NCBI GenBank assembly: GCA_029263335.1
Contig: JAJCXS010000147.1
Location: forward strand, 2,682 to 66,681
DNA length: 64,000 nt
Source of the DNA: Acidobacteriota bacterium
GTDB lineage: Bacteria; Acidobacteriota; UBA890; WLXD01
Direction: 5' to 3'
Below the pieces are notes generated by a model. That model was not told the origin of the DNA. It did not search any database and saw only the letters and a program-made list of their open reading frames with translations. Positions 28,010 through 38,057 of this stretch are shown piece after piece. Position 1 is the stretch's first letter; each line of letters begins with the position of its first letter. Both the position numbers and the translations under genes were made by a program.

Positions 28010-28719
28010 CGAATCAAACACTGGATAGCCTGATCTCTGACGTCGCGCACCAGCGCCAGCCTCATTGCACGCCTATCGAGATGCTCCACGCCTGGGTAAC
28101 GGGCCAGCTGTCCGAAGACCAGGCCGAGCACGTGCGGACCCATGTGGAAGAGTGTTCGTTCTGCTCGGCCGAGGCGCGGCTTGCGGGCTGGTTCGAGGAC
28201 CCGGCCGCCTCGCCGGCGGTGGACAATCTCGCCGCCCGATTGGCTGGCGGCCAACCACGAAGCGTGGTGCTCGAGTCCGCCGCCGACGTAGCGAGCACGA
28301 GTTGGCGATCGCCCCGGTGGCTGGTGATGGGTCTCGCCGCCGCGGCTACGGTGCTGCTCGTGGTTGGCGCGTACTCAGCGGCTCCGCCGGTGGTTCCCGA
28401 GCTCTTGGACGGACAGGTCGTGCGGGGTGGCACGGTGCATGTACTAGAACCACAGGGAGATGTTTCGGCGATACCCGAGCGCGTAATATGGGAGGGTGGC
28501 TCGGCCGACACGTACCGAGTCGAGTTGCTGGCTGTCGACGGCGAGATTCTGTGGCTGTCGAGTGCGGCGACGGTGGCGGAATTGCCGGCTACGGCCCAGG
28601 ACAAGCTCGAGCGCGGTGTCACCTACCGGGTACGCGTTACGCCGGTCGACAGCGACGGCGAGCTGCTGGGCCGGGCGACGGAAGCCGATTTCAGGATCGA
28701 GAGGCTCCAGATTGAATAG
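28006..28719 (+). CDS. Anti-sigma factor with zf-HC2 motif and one TM helix
   Basis: Overlaps the sigma stop (ATGA). H-x3-C-x2-C (HVRTHVEECSFCSAEARL), then a TM segment (WLVMGLAAAATVLLVVGAY) and a periplasmic beta-rich domain. Confidence 0.6.
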   Translation: MTNQTLDSLISDVAHQRQPHCTPIEMLHAWVTGQLSEDQAEHVRTHVEECSFCSAEARLAGWFEDPAASPAVDNLAARLAGGQPRSVVLESAADVASTSWRSPRWLVMGLAAAATVLLVVGAYSAAPPVVPELLDGQVVRGGTVHVLEPQGDVSAIPERVIWEGGSADTYRVELLAVDGEILWLSSAATVAELPATAQDKLERGVTYRVRVTPVDSDGELLGRATEADFRIERLQIE

Positions 28720-28727
28720 AGCGTCAG

Positions 28728-30047
28728 TTGAATAGGGCGTTGGCGCGGCTACTGCTGACGGCAGTGCTGATGGTCAGCGGACTAGCCATCAGTCCGCCCG
28801 CGAAAGCCATGCGTCCGCCGCTTGTGCTGCGCGTGAACGACGTGGCTGGCAAGGCCGGCTCCATCGTGGCCGTCGTGCTGCGCACTACATCTGCGCGCCC
28901 GATCCGCCAGGGACGGATCTCTGTCCGACCACGTCGCCGCGCGAAGAATCGCCGCGAGTTCCGCGGGCCGTCGCCGTTCATCGGATTGCAGGACTACCGC
29001 GTGCTCTCTTCTGGCAGCAATGACCCACTGGCCGTGGGTGTCTTGCAGGATGACGCCAGGGGGCAGCGGGTTACCCTGCAGTTCACCTCCAACGGTGCTT
29101 CGGTGAATCGCACGGATGGAACGTTGGCGGTGCTCTATCTGCAGCTGCGGGACCGACTCAAGCCGGGCGATCAGTTCGCGCTCGAACTCGAGGACGTGGA
29201 ATTGCTGGACGTCAACGGGCTGCCGCTCCCGCTCGCCCCCTTGGCGGGAGTCTTGAAGGTGCAGGGTGCGCAACGAAAGGCCGAACTTACCGTTGATACG
29301 CGCGACGTAGAGCCGGGTGACGATGCCCGTTTCGGCATCCAGTCGCTGACGCCGCTCCCGCTCGGATCGGGCACCTTCGTGCTCAACTACGATCCCGCGG
29401 TTGCCGCCGAGACACCTCGTGTCTGGCTTAACAAGAAGCAGGGCTCGCGGCGGTCCTCGGTAGACACAAGCGTTCCCGGCAGAATCGAAGTTCAGTTCGA
29501 GTCGCCCGACGGCAACTTCAACGAGATTCCTGGCGAGATCCTCTCGGTCCGCATGGAGACGGTCAAGAACATTGCGCCGGGAAGCCGTGCCGCGATCACC
29601 TTCGACACCGCGGCGACGGTACTCCGCGATCCGGACGGAAACATCGTTCCCTTCCGGATGCGCAACGGTGTCCTGCGCTTTGTCGCGGATGACGACGACG
29701 ATGACGGAGACGACGATGGCGACGACGGCGACGACGGCGACGACGGTGACGACGGTGACGACGGCGATGATGATGACGACGGCGACGATGATGACGACGA
29801 CGATGAAGGGAAGTTTGACGCCATCGCGTTGACCGCCGACGTGGCCACCGGCTTGATCGGTCTGGCGGACGGTACGATCGTCTTGGCCCTGCCGCAGGTG
29901 CAGTGGGAGGACGGCGACTTCACCGACCTGGGTAGTCTCGCCACCGCGATACAGAGTGGTCTGACCGTTCGCGTCCGCGGGGAGGGGACGGCGAACGCCG
30001 AAGGCGCCATCGTGGCCACAGAAATTCGCGCTGAACTCAAAGACTGA
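28728..30047 (+). CDS. Secreted protein with poly-Asp/Gly tract and C-terminal DUF5666-like beta domain
   Basis: Signal peptide (LLLTAVLMVSGLAISPPAKA). A roughly 40-aa pure D/G tract (DDDDDGDDDGDDGDDGDDGDDGDDGDDDDDGDDDDDDDEG) is encoded by GAC/GAT/GGC repeats. The C-terminal block TVRVRGEGTANAEGAIVATEIRAE is paralogous to the repeat unit of the 32711..34261 protein. Confidence 0.6.
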   Translation: MNRALARLLLTAVLMVSGLAISPPAKAMRPPLVLRVNDVAGKAGSIVAVVLRTTSARPIRQGRISVRPRRRAKNRREFRGPSPFIGLQDYRVLSSGSNDPLAVGVLQDDARGQRVTLQFTSNGASVNRTDGTLAVLYLQLRDRLKPGDQFALELEDVELLDVNGLPLPLAPLAGVLKVQGAQRKAELTVDTRDVEPGDDARFGIQSLTPLPLGSGTFVLNYDPAVAAETPRVWLNKKQGSRRSSVDTSVPGRIEVQFESPDGNFNEIPGEILSVRMETVKNIAPGSRAAITFDTAATVLRDPDGNIVPFRMRNGVLRFVADDDDDDGDDDGDDGDDGDDGDDGDDGDDDDDGDDDDDDDEGKFDAIALTADVATGLIGLADGTIVLALPQVQWEDGDFTDLGSLATAIQSGLTVRVRGEGTANAEGAIVATEIRAELKD

Positions 30048-30092
30048 TCGCGGCGCACGGCTCTCAGCATGGGCAGGTGCGGAGCGCTCTGA

Positions 30093-32531
30093 CTAGATTC
30101 GTTGACGCCGGCGAGACCGGCTGGCGAGCCCGGCGCCGGCGAGAACCAGCAGTATCGTTGCGCCCAACTGAAAACGATACCGATGCCATAGCGGCAGACG
30201 CACCGGTTGAGCGTCGCCCACGACGAGGTAGGCCGCCCAGACGTCGGGACGGTTCCCGTAGCCGGCCGCAATGATACGGCGGCGAGCCTCGCGCAGAGCT
30301 TCTGACGCCGGTAGTCCACGCCCCAGAAAGTGATAGAACTGCTGCATGAAGGCGGCGGACTCGGCGTCCCCCACCGCCCATCGCGTGGCCACGACGGCCT
30401 CGGTTCCGGCGGCGATGAACGCACCGGTCAGGCTGTTGAAGGCATCTGCTGTGCGCCCGCCCGACAAGTCGACCGTGCTGCAGGCTGCCAGCACCGTGAG
30501 TTGAACGTCGATCGAGCCGAGCGCGATCTCCTCCTGTCGCAAGAGCCCATCACTGTCCGAAGTAGGGCTGAGCAGGATGGCGCTTGACCCCGGGTCGGAA
30601 TCGACGATGGCGTGCGCGGCGATGTGGAGAACGCTGGGTGATGTAGCGGCCAGTTGCCAGAATGCTCCCTCGGTGGCCTCCGCCCCGGTCCGGATACTCT
30701 CGCTACCACCGCCCAGTTGCCGCTCCGCATCGCGCACTTCGATACTGGCGTGGGGCAGCGGCGTGCTCCAGGTCTCCCAGAGACTGGAGGTCAGCCCCGC
30801 GGGCGCTACTGCGGGCCCGAGCGGCTGGGCCAGTGCCGCGAAGTTCCGAGCTTTGTGCGGCAGCGCAGTACGCGCCAGAAAAGAACCGCTTGGCCAATAG
30901 GTCAACGCCGCGTCGACGCCAAGAGGTCTCTCGGGCGTGCCCAGCATCGCGAAAGGCAGTCCATGCAGAAACCCGTCCGTTGCGATGTGTAGTCGGCTTG
31001 CCGGGGCCTCCGTGCCGACGAGACGCGTGCCGACACTGCGTCGCAGATCGAGCGCGGGCTCTCCGCGTTGAATGCGCGCGATCAACGTTCTGACCGACCG
31101 CTTCAGCGAGGTGGGTTCAGGTAGCGCGGTCACCTCAATCGAACCCGCACGAATCAGCCATCGCCAGGTGTCGTTCTCGTCGATGAAGTACTCGATCAGG
31201 GCCTCATCCTGGGCGAGGACTCCCTGAATCGTGTCCAGTCGCCGAACGCGGCGGCGTGTTTCCGGCTGCGGCAGAGCGTCGAGCAGACTCCGCGACTTGG
31301 CGCGTTGAATGACGTCGAAGGCGCGGGCGAACAGATGAGGTTCGTCAGTCAGCGCCCGCTCCGTCCATAGCCGATGCGCTGTCTCGTAGACCTCACGCTG
31401 AGAGTTGAGGAAGGTGGCGCGAAGCACCAGATCGGGGGCGCTGGCGCGACTTGTCTCCAGTAGCGCGAGGGCGGCTTCGAGATGACCGTCCACGTCGCCA
31501 TCGTTCCCCATCGCGTGCCGCAACCGGGCGAGGAGGGCGTGTGCCGACCACTGCGCGTCCGGGCTGCCAACCTCCTCGGCGACGGCAAGGGCAGCGGCTG
31601 CTGCTTCCAGGGCACGCCTGTTGTGACCCGCCGCCTCATAGCTCCGGGCCTGCTGATAGAGCGCCCGCGCCTCTTCGGGTCGATCGCGTTGTTGCCGTGC
31701 GATATCGATCGCCTCGGTGGCGTCGGCGATGCTGGCTTGGATGTCACCGCGGAGTCGCTGCGCGACGGCGCGATTAACGGCGATCGACGCGGCGGCGCCC
31801 TCGTCCGGCGCAAGGGAATCGAGTTCTCGCAGCGAGCGCCCTGGGTCGCCCAGTGCCGCATACAGAGCGGCGCGGTTGATGTGGATCTCCAGGCCATACT
31901 CGGGCAGCGTTGCGAGCGTGTCGTCATCGAGCAGATCGAAGGCTCCACGCAGGTCGCCGAGGTCCATCAGCAGAACGGCCCGATTGACGCGCGCGATCGC
32001 TACCTGTCGCTGGAACCACTCATCCTGGCTGTCCCGTGCGCGCTCCTCGACGGCTCGATATTGCTGCGAGGCGGCCCCGAATCGGCCGAGCTCGGTAAGC
32101 ACAGCCCCGAGGTTCGATCGCGTCATGGCTTCGAGCTCGGGCGAATCATCGGCCAGCGTGAGCGCAAGAGCTTCGCTCAGGGCTCGTTCGGCGGGTTCCA
32201 GTTCGCCCAGCGATTGCAGTGCCAGCGCGAGGTTGTTGCGGTTGTCCGCTACAAGTTCCGCTTCGCCATCATCGGCCAGCAGTTGCTCTGCCAGCCGGCA
32301 GCGGTCCAGTGCTTCCTGGTAACGCTCCAGGTCGACCAAGATCGCACAGGCGTTGTTGTGGGCGATCGCCTGATCGACGGGGTCCGCCAGTTCCTGTAAG
32401 GCGAGGTCGTACTCGCTCAGCGCCGCTTCGATATTGCCAGCGACATGAAGTTCGATGGCGTTGTCGAGACGCTCCACCTGCCCGGCAGGCAATAGCGCCA
32501 GGGCGCCGAGTGCCAGAGCCGGCAGGCTCAT
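30093..32531 (-). CDS. TPR-repeat + CHAT-domain (caspase-like) protein
   Basis: Signal peptide, then about 10 TPR-like helical repeats (…AIAHNNACAILVDLERYQEALDRCRLAEQLL…). C-terminal CHAT domain with His/Cys dyad context (VLHIAAHAIV…QLTVLAACSTV). Confidence 0.8.
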   Translation of the reverse strand: MSLPALALGALALLPAGQVERLDNAIELHVAGNIEAALSEYDLALQELADPVDQAIAHNNACAILVDLERYQEALDRCRLAEQLLADDGEAELVADNRNNLALALQSLGELEPAERALSEALALTLADDSPELEAMTRSNLGAVLTELGRFGAASQQYRAVEERARDSQDEWFQRQVAIARVNRAVLLMDLGDLRGAFDLLDDDTLATLPEYGLEIHINRAALYAALGDPGRSLRELDSLAPDEGAAASIAVNRAVAQRLRGDIQASIADATEAIDIARQQRDRPEEARALYQQARSYEAAGHNRRALEAAAAALAVAEEVGSPDAQWSAHALLARLRHAMGNDGDVDGHLEAALALLETSRASAPDLVLRATFLNSQREVYETAHRLWTERALTDEPHLFARAFDVIQRAKSRSLLDALPQPETRRRVRRLDTIQGVLAQDEALIEYFIDENDTWRWLIRAGSIEVTALPEPTSLKRSVRTLIARIQRGEPALDLRRSVGTRLVGTEAPASRLHIATDGFLHGLPFAMLGTPERPLGVDAALTYWPSGSFLARTALPHKARNFAALAQPLGPAVAPAGLTSSLWETWSTPLPHASIEVRDAERQLGGGSESIRTGAEATEGAFWQLAATSPSVLHIAAHAIVDSDPGSSAILLSPTSDSDGLLRQEEIALGSIDVQLTVLAACSTVDLSGGRTADAFNSLTGAFIAAGTEAVVATRWAVGDAESAAFMQQFYHFLGRGLPASEALREARRRIIAAGYGNRPDVWAAYLVVGDAQPVRLPLWHRYRFQLGATILLVLAGAGLASRSRRRQRI

Positions 32532-32710
32532 CTGACCCTCCTGAGCGTAGGCGGCGATGCGATGCTTTGACGATATCAGAGCAGCGAGTGCCTACGGACG
32601 TAGCGGCCTGGGCGACCAACCTGCACCAACGGAGAACGGGGCCGCACAGCGCCCCAACGGACGCTGTGCGACCCCGATCTGTACGCCGACAGGAAGGTCC
32701 GGCGCTAGAT

Positions 32711-34261
32711 CTAATCGCGAATCTCGACACTCGCCTGTAGTTGCCAGGCGCTGCCATCCAGGAACGTACCGCTGACGGTCACGGTTGTCCTGTCACCATC
32801 TGATAGGTCGGCGACGAGCTGGATTGCGGCCGCCTTGGAGAACTCGGCTCTCAGGTCGCTTGAGCCGAAGCGGGTGTCGACGGGAGCGATGGACAGGCCG
32901 TTCCGGCCCATACGGATGCTGGCGACGTCGATCAGGCGCCAGTCGCCGTCATCGATGCGGACCTCGAGGGTGCTACCGCCGCTGCCGGAGTTGGACCCGG
33001 AGGCCCAGTCCAGACGCCACTCGTCCGGGTCGAGACGGAGGCTCATCAGATCGTCGTCGTCATCACCGTCGTCGTCATCATCGTCATCACCGTCGTCATC
33101 GTCGTCGTCACCGTCACCGTCATCGTCATCGTCATCGTCCGCGTCGTCATCATCATCGGCGTCGTCATCACCGTCGTCGTCATCACCGTCGTCGCCGCCG
33201 GTGTTGTCGGTTTCGGCCTTGATCGCGGTGGCCAGGATGCGGCCGTCAAGCTGCTCGTCGCCGTTGCCTTCAACGCGCGATGGCGTGCCGGCCGTCACGG
33301 CCTGATCCAGGGCGTCGAGCGAGAAGACGTCGCCAAGTCCGTCCCAGATCGTCGAGCTATCGACCACCACCGTAGTGCCATTCGTGAGCATGACGGAGCT
33401 GCCGGGCACGTTCACACTACCGACGGTACCGCTGAACTGCCGGGAGGTGCCGATGACCGTGTCGGTTTCGGCCTTGATCGTCGTGGCCAGAACGCGGCCG
33501 TCGAGCTGCTCGTTGCCGTCGCCCTCGATACGTGTTGGTGTGCCTGCCGCCACAGCTTGAGCCAGGGCGTCGAGCGACAAGATGTCGCCAAGTCCGTCCC
33601 AAACCGTCGTGGCGTCCACCACCACCGTCGTGCCGTCGGTGAGCTGGACAGAGCTGCCAGGCACATCGACGCTGCCGACAGCGCCGTCGAACTGCCGGGC
33701 GGCGCCGACAAACTCAGTGGTCTCTGCCTTGAGGTCGGTGGCAAGCAACGAGCCGTCGGCGCGCACGTTCGCGGTGCCTTCAATGCGGACGTCGGCGCCG
33801 CGGCCGAGCGCGTCATCTACCGCACCGAGGTCGAACACATCACCGAGAGCATCCCAGCGCGTCGTGCCGTCTACGAAGATCGACGTTCCCGTCGTCAGGA
33901 CCAGCGCAGAAGCGGCGCTGTCCACGCGAGCCACAGCGCCAGCGAAGGTCTGGCTTGCGCCGCCTCCGCCGGATGAGTCGTTGCCCGTCGAGGTGTTGCT
34001 CGAATTCAGGAGATCGAGGTTGGGGGCGGTAGGATCGCTCGATGCGCTACAGCCGACGAGGGACAGGATGCCCAGCATCAGGGCCAAGCGAACAGAGAGT
34101 TTAGGAGTGCGTGTCACGATGGAACTCCAGCTGCGGCTCTGGGATTGGTGGGAGCGGCCGTCAGGGGATAGGACACGCGATACGGCCGGGCCGGAACACA
34201 AATCGACTGAACTGGAGGCATCCGGGGACAGCCCTGGCCACAGGCCTCGCCGCACAGGCAA
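32711..34261 (-). CDS. Secreted protein with three tandem ~85-aa beta-rich (DUF5666-like) repeats, a poly-Asp/Gly tract and a C-terminal domain
   Basis: Signal/lipoprotein-like N-terminus (LGILSLVGCSAS). Three repeats (F.G.VGSV.VPGSSV.LT.GTTVVVD..T.WDGLGD..SLDAL.QAV.AGTP.R.EG.G.EQLDGR.LAT.IKAETD). A roughly 55-aa D/G tract follows (GGDDGDDDDGDDDADDDDDADDDDDDDGDGDDDDDDGDDDDDDDGDDDDD). Confidence 0.65.
   Translation of the reverse strand: MPVRRGLWPGLSPDASSSVDLCSGPAVSRVLSPDGRSHQSQSRSWSSIVTRTPKLSVRLALMLGILSLVGCSASSDPTAPNLDLLNSSNTSTGNDSSGGGGASQTFAGAVARVDSAASALVLTTGTSIFVDGTTRWDALGDVFDLGAVDDALGRGADVRIEGTANVRADGSLLATDLKAETTEFVGAARQFDGAVGSVDVPGSSVQLTDGTTVVVDATTVWDGLGDILSLDALAQAVAAGTPTRIEGDGNEQLDGRVLATTIKAETDTVIGTSRQFSGTVGSVNVPGSSVMLTNGTTVVVDSSTIWDGLGDVFSLDALDQAVTAGTPSRVEGNGDEQLDGRILATAIKAETDNTGGDDGDDDDGDDDADDDDDADDDDDDDGDGDDDDDDGDDDDDDDGDDDDDLMSLRLDPDEWRLDWASGSNSGSGGSTLEVRIDDGDWRLIDVASIRMGRNGLSIAPVDTRFGSSDLRAEFSKAAAIQLVADLSDGDRTTVTVSGTFLDGSAWQLQASVEIRD
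33195..33950. repeat. Three tandem ~255-nt coding repeats inside the 32711..34261 gene
   Basis: Near-identical nucleotide blocks recur about 252-255 nt apart (e.g. gtgtcggtttcggccttgatcg(c/t)…gcggccgtc(a/g)agctgctcgt), matching the protein-level repeats. Confidence 0.6.
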
Positions 34262-34300
34262 CCATGCAAGCGCTGCAGACAGCGTCGGTAGACGAACTCC

Positions 34301-36682
34301 CTACAGGGGAGCCAGTGTCAGCGTCGTATTGCCCATGCGCAACATCAGTTCACCGCTAGCGGAATCCACCGTGTACCAGGGGTGGCCATCGCCGCTGTCG
34401 GGCGAACCCAGCGTCATCATCTGCACGAACCAGCGGTGCAGCGTTTCGCCGAACGAGTCTTCGGGCAGCGTGGCGCGGTTGAAGCGATAGATCACACGTT
34501 GCAGCACGACTGCCGCGGGGCCGCTGATGCCACCCATGGCTTCGAACCATGTCTTGTCGAGCTTGAGGAAGAACTTGTGGTTGGTGGTGAAGAAGTCGCC
34601 CTGGTCCTCCCGCGAGGTCTTGAGCGGCACCCACCAGCGCCCTTCGAACTCCTCGGGCTCCTTGTCCTCGTCCACCTCGAAGCCAAGCTCCACAAAGCCG
34701 CGGAACACCGCGTTCTTCTTGACGTAGTCGCGAATGAGATCGGCGCTCACGTTCACGCGCTCGCTCAACGATTCAGCCGGGATCAGGCCGTCGTAGGTAG
34801 CGTCCTCGAACTCGAACCAGACATTGTTGGCGCTGAGCCGCATCTTCTCGGGTCCTTCGCGCAGCAGCTCCAGATCGCCGGTGATGTCGACCTCTGTATC
34901 GCCCACGCGGATCGTCTTGCCGCGCATTTCAGAGGGCAGAGTACAGACGAGGATTCTCGGACTCAGGGTGCGCGCAGGATCCTTGTTCGAAAGCACCAGG
35001 TCGATCCGGTTGGTCGGAGGTAGCGGGCTGCCTTGTTGGCAGGCCTGGCTGCTGTTCGAGAAGCACAGCAGATTGGCGGCGTCGGTGCTCAGGCTGAGCG
35101 ACTGCTCGGCCGGGTGCAGCGCCGCAGACCACTCGAAACCGCTCGTGTCGCCCGCCGTCAGGCCGAAGCTGGCCCGCAAGTAGAGCTGGTCTGGTTGGGC
35201 GGGCAGGTCGATGCTGATGCGCAGCGCCGATACTTCGGGTAGTTCGAAGCTCTCCGGGTCGGCGCAGTACGGGTCGCGGTCAACCGCGAAGGCGCCGCGC
35301 GCGGACAGCGACCAATGATCCGGAAAAGCGGGCGTGTCGGTGAAGCGCCTCCACGGATCGCGGTGCAGCAGGTGTTTGGCGTGGTCGTGCCAGTTGCCAT
35401 CCAAATCGATGGCAGCCAGCGCCGCCTGGTTGTTGCCCGACTGCAGATGGGCCTGGAGCACAGCCTGCACTCGATACAGGCCATCGGTCGCTTCGAGGTC
35501 GTGCCACAACATGTGCACCGGATACTCGAGCGTCATGATGCCCAGAGGTGCCTTCAGAAAGAAGGTGCGCATGGCGCGGTGATAGATGTTCTCGCCTGTG
35601 ACCGTCGACAGCGGATTCTGCCCAGTGACCTTCTTCGCGCCCCAGTCGGCGAGCGATTCCGTTAACCATCTGTACGGGGTCTCGAACGGCACCTGGCGTA
35701 GCTGGTAGTGGAACGCGTGGAACATCTCGTGGGCAAGCGTGTGGGCGCGGATCGATGACCACGGGGTGTTTGTGCCCGAGGACGCGGAGGTGGGGTCGAG
35801 GCTCATGTAGATGATCGACTTCCCAGGCCCTTGGTACTTGTGTACGCCGCCGGAGCTGGTTCCCGTGCCGGAGGCGATGGCCTCGGTGAAGGCGACCACG
35901 ATGCTCTCCGGTCCCAGAGCTGACGGCGAGGTCTGAAACAGAGCCAGGTAGCGCGACCAGGCTTCCTGGATCACCGGGATCGCCGCGTAGACCTCCGACT
36001 GCACCGCGATGGCGTTCAGGGCGCTCGTCGATTGCGGCCAGATCATCGTTACGTTCTGGTTGAGTTGCTGCCAACAATGCTGGGCCGCGGACGCCGTGAT
36101 CGCGTAACCGCTGACGTTGCCCGTTGGTGGAAACCACAGGCTTCCTTCCTGTGGACAGCTCTGCGCCGTTGCCGCGGAGACGCGCAGGGTCGCGAAGCTC
36201 GATGAGGCCAGGCTGGCGGCGGCTTGCGACCGCGTGCCCGGAGAGGATCGTGCGCCAGGAAAGAACGGGTGGTCGGGATGCCACCAGGGCAGGCGCCAGA
36301 TCCCCAGTTCCGCGTCTTCACGGTCCGTGATGTCGAGAATCGCCTCGATATCGTCGAGGACATGGTCCGATTCGGACTCTCCCTCGCCCAGGCGGTACCG
36401 GCTCGGTGGCGCCTCGCCCCAGCCGAAAGCGCGGTGCAACCGATAGCGAACGTACTCGCCTGGCGCAACGTCGCCCACGGACAGAGCTTCCTGCAGGAGC
36501 GCGGCGGTGGTCGGTTCGGGTTCGGCAGCGCGATCAAAGCCGCCGCCAGCGGCTTCGCCAAGAGGGTCCATCGAGATCGGCCAGTTCGGCCCCTCGGCCG
36601 CGGCACCGCAACCCGCGCCCAACCATGGAACGAGGACCATCCCTAACACTCCGATGCGGCGTAGCGGGTGCCGGTTTCTCAC
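34301..36682 (-). CDS. Lipoprotein, putative zinc metallopeptidase (HExxH)
   Basis: Lipobox (VPWLGAGCGAA). Zincin motif HTLAHEMFHAFHY. Large protein with no further recognisable domains. Confidence 0.55.
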   Translation of the reverse strand: MRNRHPLRRIGVLGMVLVPWLGAGCGAAAEGPNWPISMDPLGEAAGGGFDRAAEPEPTTAALLQEALSVGDVAPGEYVRYRLHRAFGWGEAPPSRYRLGEGESESDHVLDDIEAILDITDREDAELGIWRLPWWHPDHPFFPGARSSPGTRSQAAASLASSSFATLRVSAATAQSCPQEGSLWFPPTGNVSGYAITASAAQHCWQQLNQNVTMIWPQSTSALNAIAVQSEVYAAIPVIQEAWSRYLALFQTSPSALGPESIVVAFTEAIASGTGTSSGGVHKYQGPGKSIIYMSLDPTSASSGTNTPWSSIRAHTLAHEMFHAFHYQLRQVPFETPYRWLTESLADWGAKKVTGQNPLSTVTGENIYHRAMRTFFLKAPLGIMTLEYPVHMLWHDLEATDGLYRVQAVLQAHLQSGNNQAALAAIDLDGNWHDHAKHLLHRDPWRRFTDTPAFPDHWSLSARGAFAVDRDPYCADPESFELPEVSALRISIDLPAQPDQLYLRASFGLTAGDTSGFEWSAALHPAEQSLSLSTDAANLLCFSNSSQACQQGSPLPPTNRIDLVLSNKDPARTLSPRILVCTLPSEMRGKTIRVGDTEVDITGDLELLREGPEKMRLSANNVWFEFEDATYDGLIPAESLSERVNVSADLIRDYVKKNAVFRGFVELGFEVDEDKEPEEFEGRWWVPLKTSREDQGDFFTTNHKFFLKLDKTWFEAMGGISGPAAVVLQRVIYRFNRATLPEDSFGETLHRWFVQMMTLGSPDSGDGHPWYTVDSASGELMLRMGNTTLTLAPL

Positions 36683-36704
36683 CGTTGCTCCTTCGATAGT
36701 GCGG

Positions 36705-38057
36705 TCAGATCCAGTAGCGCATGAGCAAGGCGGTTGCCGTTACAGCCCCACTCAACACGCCGTAAGCGGGCACGCCTGTTCGCAGTATCCGGTCCCGGGC
36801 CGCGGGTTCGAAAACTCTCGCGCCGATTGGCTGCAGCACGGATACTCCAACCATCGCGGCCAGCGGCACCAAGGGAATGAGATAACGGCCCACCAGCCCG
36901 ATCACCCAGGCGTTGCCTACCGGAGTGAAGGTCACGTACAGGGCACCGCCGATGATCGCCAGGGTGCCGGCACAAATCGCGGCGAGCCCCGCGATTTGTG
37001 CACCGCTCAGGCGATAGGCGCGCCGCGCCAATAGCGGAGACAGAGCCAATAGCACCAATGAAAGCACCTTGAAACTTGCGGGTAACCGCGTGTCGAGACT
37101 ACCAAGGTGGCCCACGACCTGGCTGAGGACCGACCCCCAGTACAGACTCAGCGTCTGCCAGGCGACCGACAGCCCCAGAAACGGGTTGGTGACGAGCTGC
37201 TCGAGTTGGACGCGCGGGTCCACTCCCGCGGGCAGGGGGAAGCCGGTGACTCCAGCTAGCCAAAAACTACTCATGGCGACTTGCACCACCGCGAACCCGC
37301 CCAACCATTTCCACCTTTGCTGCGGGTGACCCCAACGAGCAGCCGGAACTACGAGGATCGCCCATGGCAGTAGCCAATACCCCAGCTTCGTTAGAGAAAC
37401 TCCGATCGCGAGCAGGAAGTAGCCGGCGAGCTTCTTATTGTCGGCAACCTCCGAATTCTCGAGCTGCTGCGCTACCCAGGCGACCAGCAAGAAGCCGAGG
37501 CTGAGCGTTATCGCGTCGGCCGACAGACTGGCCATCTGAGTTACCACGGTGGGGAACAGAGCCAGTACGGCGAGTGTTGGTGCCAGCGAATCGCTCATGC
37601 GGAGCGAAACGCCGAGCAGCAGTGTGCCGATGAGCAGGTTGACCAGACGGCCCAGGTACATCAGCGCCAGCGGTCGCGGAGCGAACGGCTCGACAACCAC
37701 CATGGCGATCGCCGGGCCGAGATGGTTGATCGGCGGGTAGAGGGCGGCGGCGCCGAACGCGGCGAGGCTTTCGTCGTCGTCGATTCGCAGCTGCCACGCG
37801 TCGCTCAACAACTCGGGCGGATACTCGAGTTCGGGTCGGTGCCGGATTCCTCCGGTCGCCGTCTCGGCGAAGTCCACAATCGCCCGAGGCAGATAGTCCC
37901 TGCCCGAGCGGTCCGTGAAGCCACCGTGGCCAATCGAGTAGGCACGCAGGAAGTGCACAGGCTCGTCCGGCGGCTGCAACGGAGGGGTCAGGACCCCCGC
38001 ACTGATCCCGCACAGAAAGAAGATGCACTGGACTACGAGTCGCTCTCGGGCGTTCAT
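36705..38057 (-). CDS. Polytopic membrane protein, DUF2142-like (putative glycosyl/arabinosyl-transferase-like)
   Basis: About 11 predicted TM helices. N-terminal periplasmic loop with the PDExxHFxRAYxIxxG pattern typical of DUF2142. Adjacent to a GT2 gene. Confidence 0.5.
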   Translation of the reverse strand: MNARERLVVQCIFFLCGISAGVLTPPLQPPDEPVHFLRAYSIGHGGFTDRSGRDYLPRAIVDFAETATGGIRHRPELEYPPELLSDAWQLRIDDDESLAAFGAAALYPPINHLGPAIAMVVVEPFAPRPLALMYLGRLVNLLIGTLLLGVSLRMSDSLAPTLAVLALFPTVVTQMASLSADAITLSLGFLLVAWVAQQLENSEVADNKKLAGYFLLAIGVSLTKLGYWLLPWAILVVPAARWGHPQQRWKWLGGFAVVQVAMSSFWLAGVTGFPLPAGVDPRVQLEQLVTNPFLGLSVAWQTLSLYWGSVLSQVVGHLGSLDTRLPASFKVLSLVLLALSPLLARRAYRLSGAQIAGLAAICAGTLAIIGGALYVTFTPVGNAWVIGLVGRYLIPLVPLAAMVGVSVLQPIGARVFEPAARDRILRTGVPAYGVLSGAVTATALLMRYWI

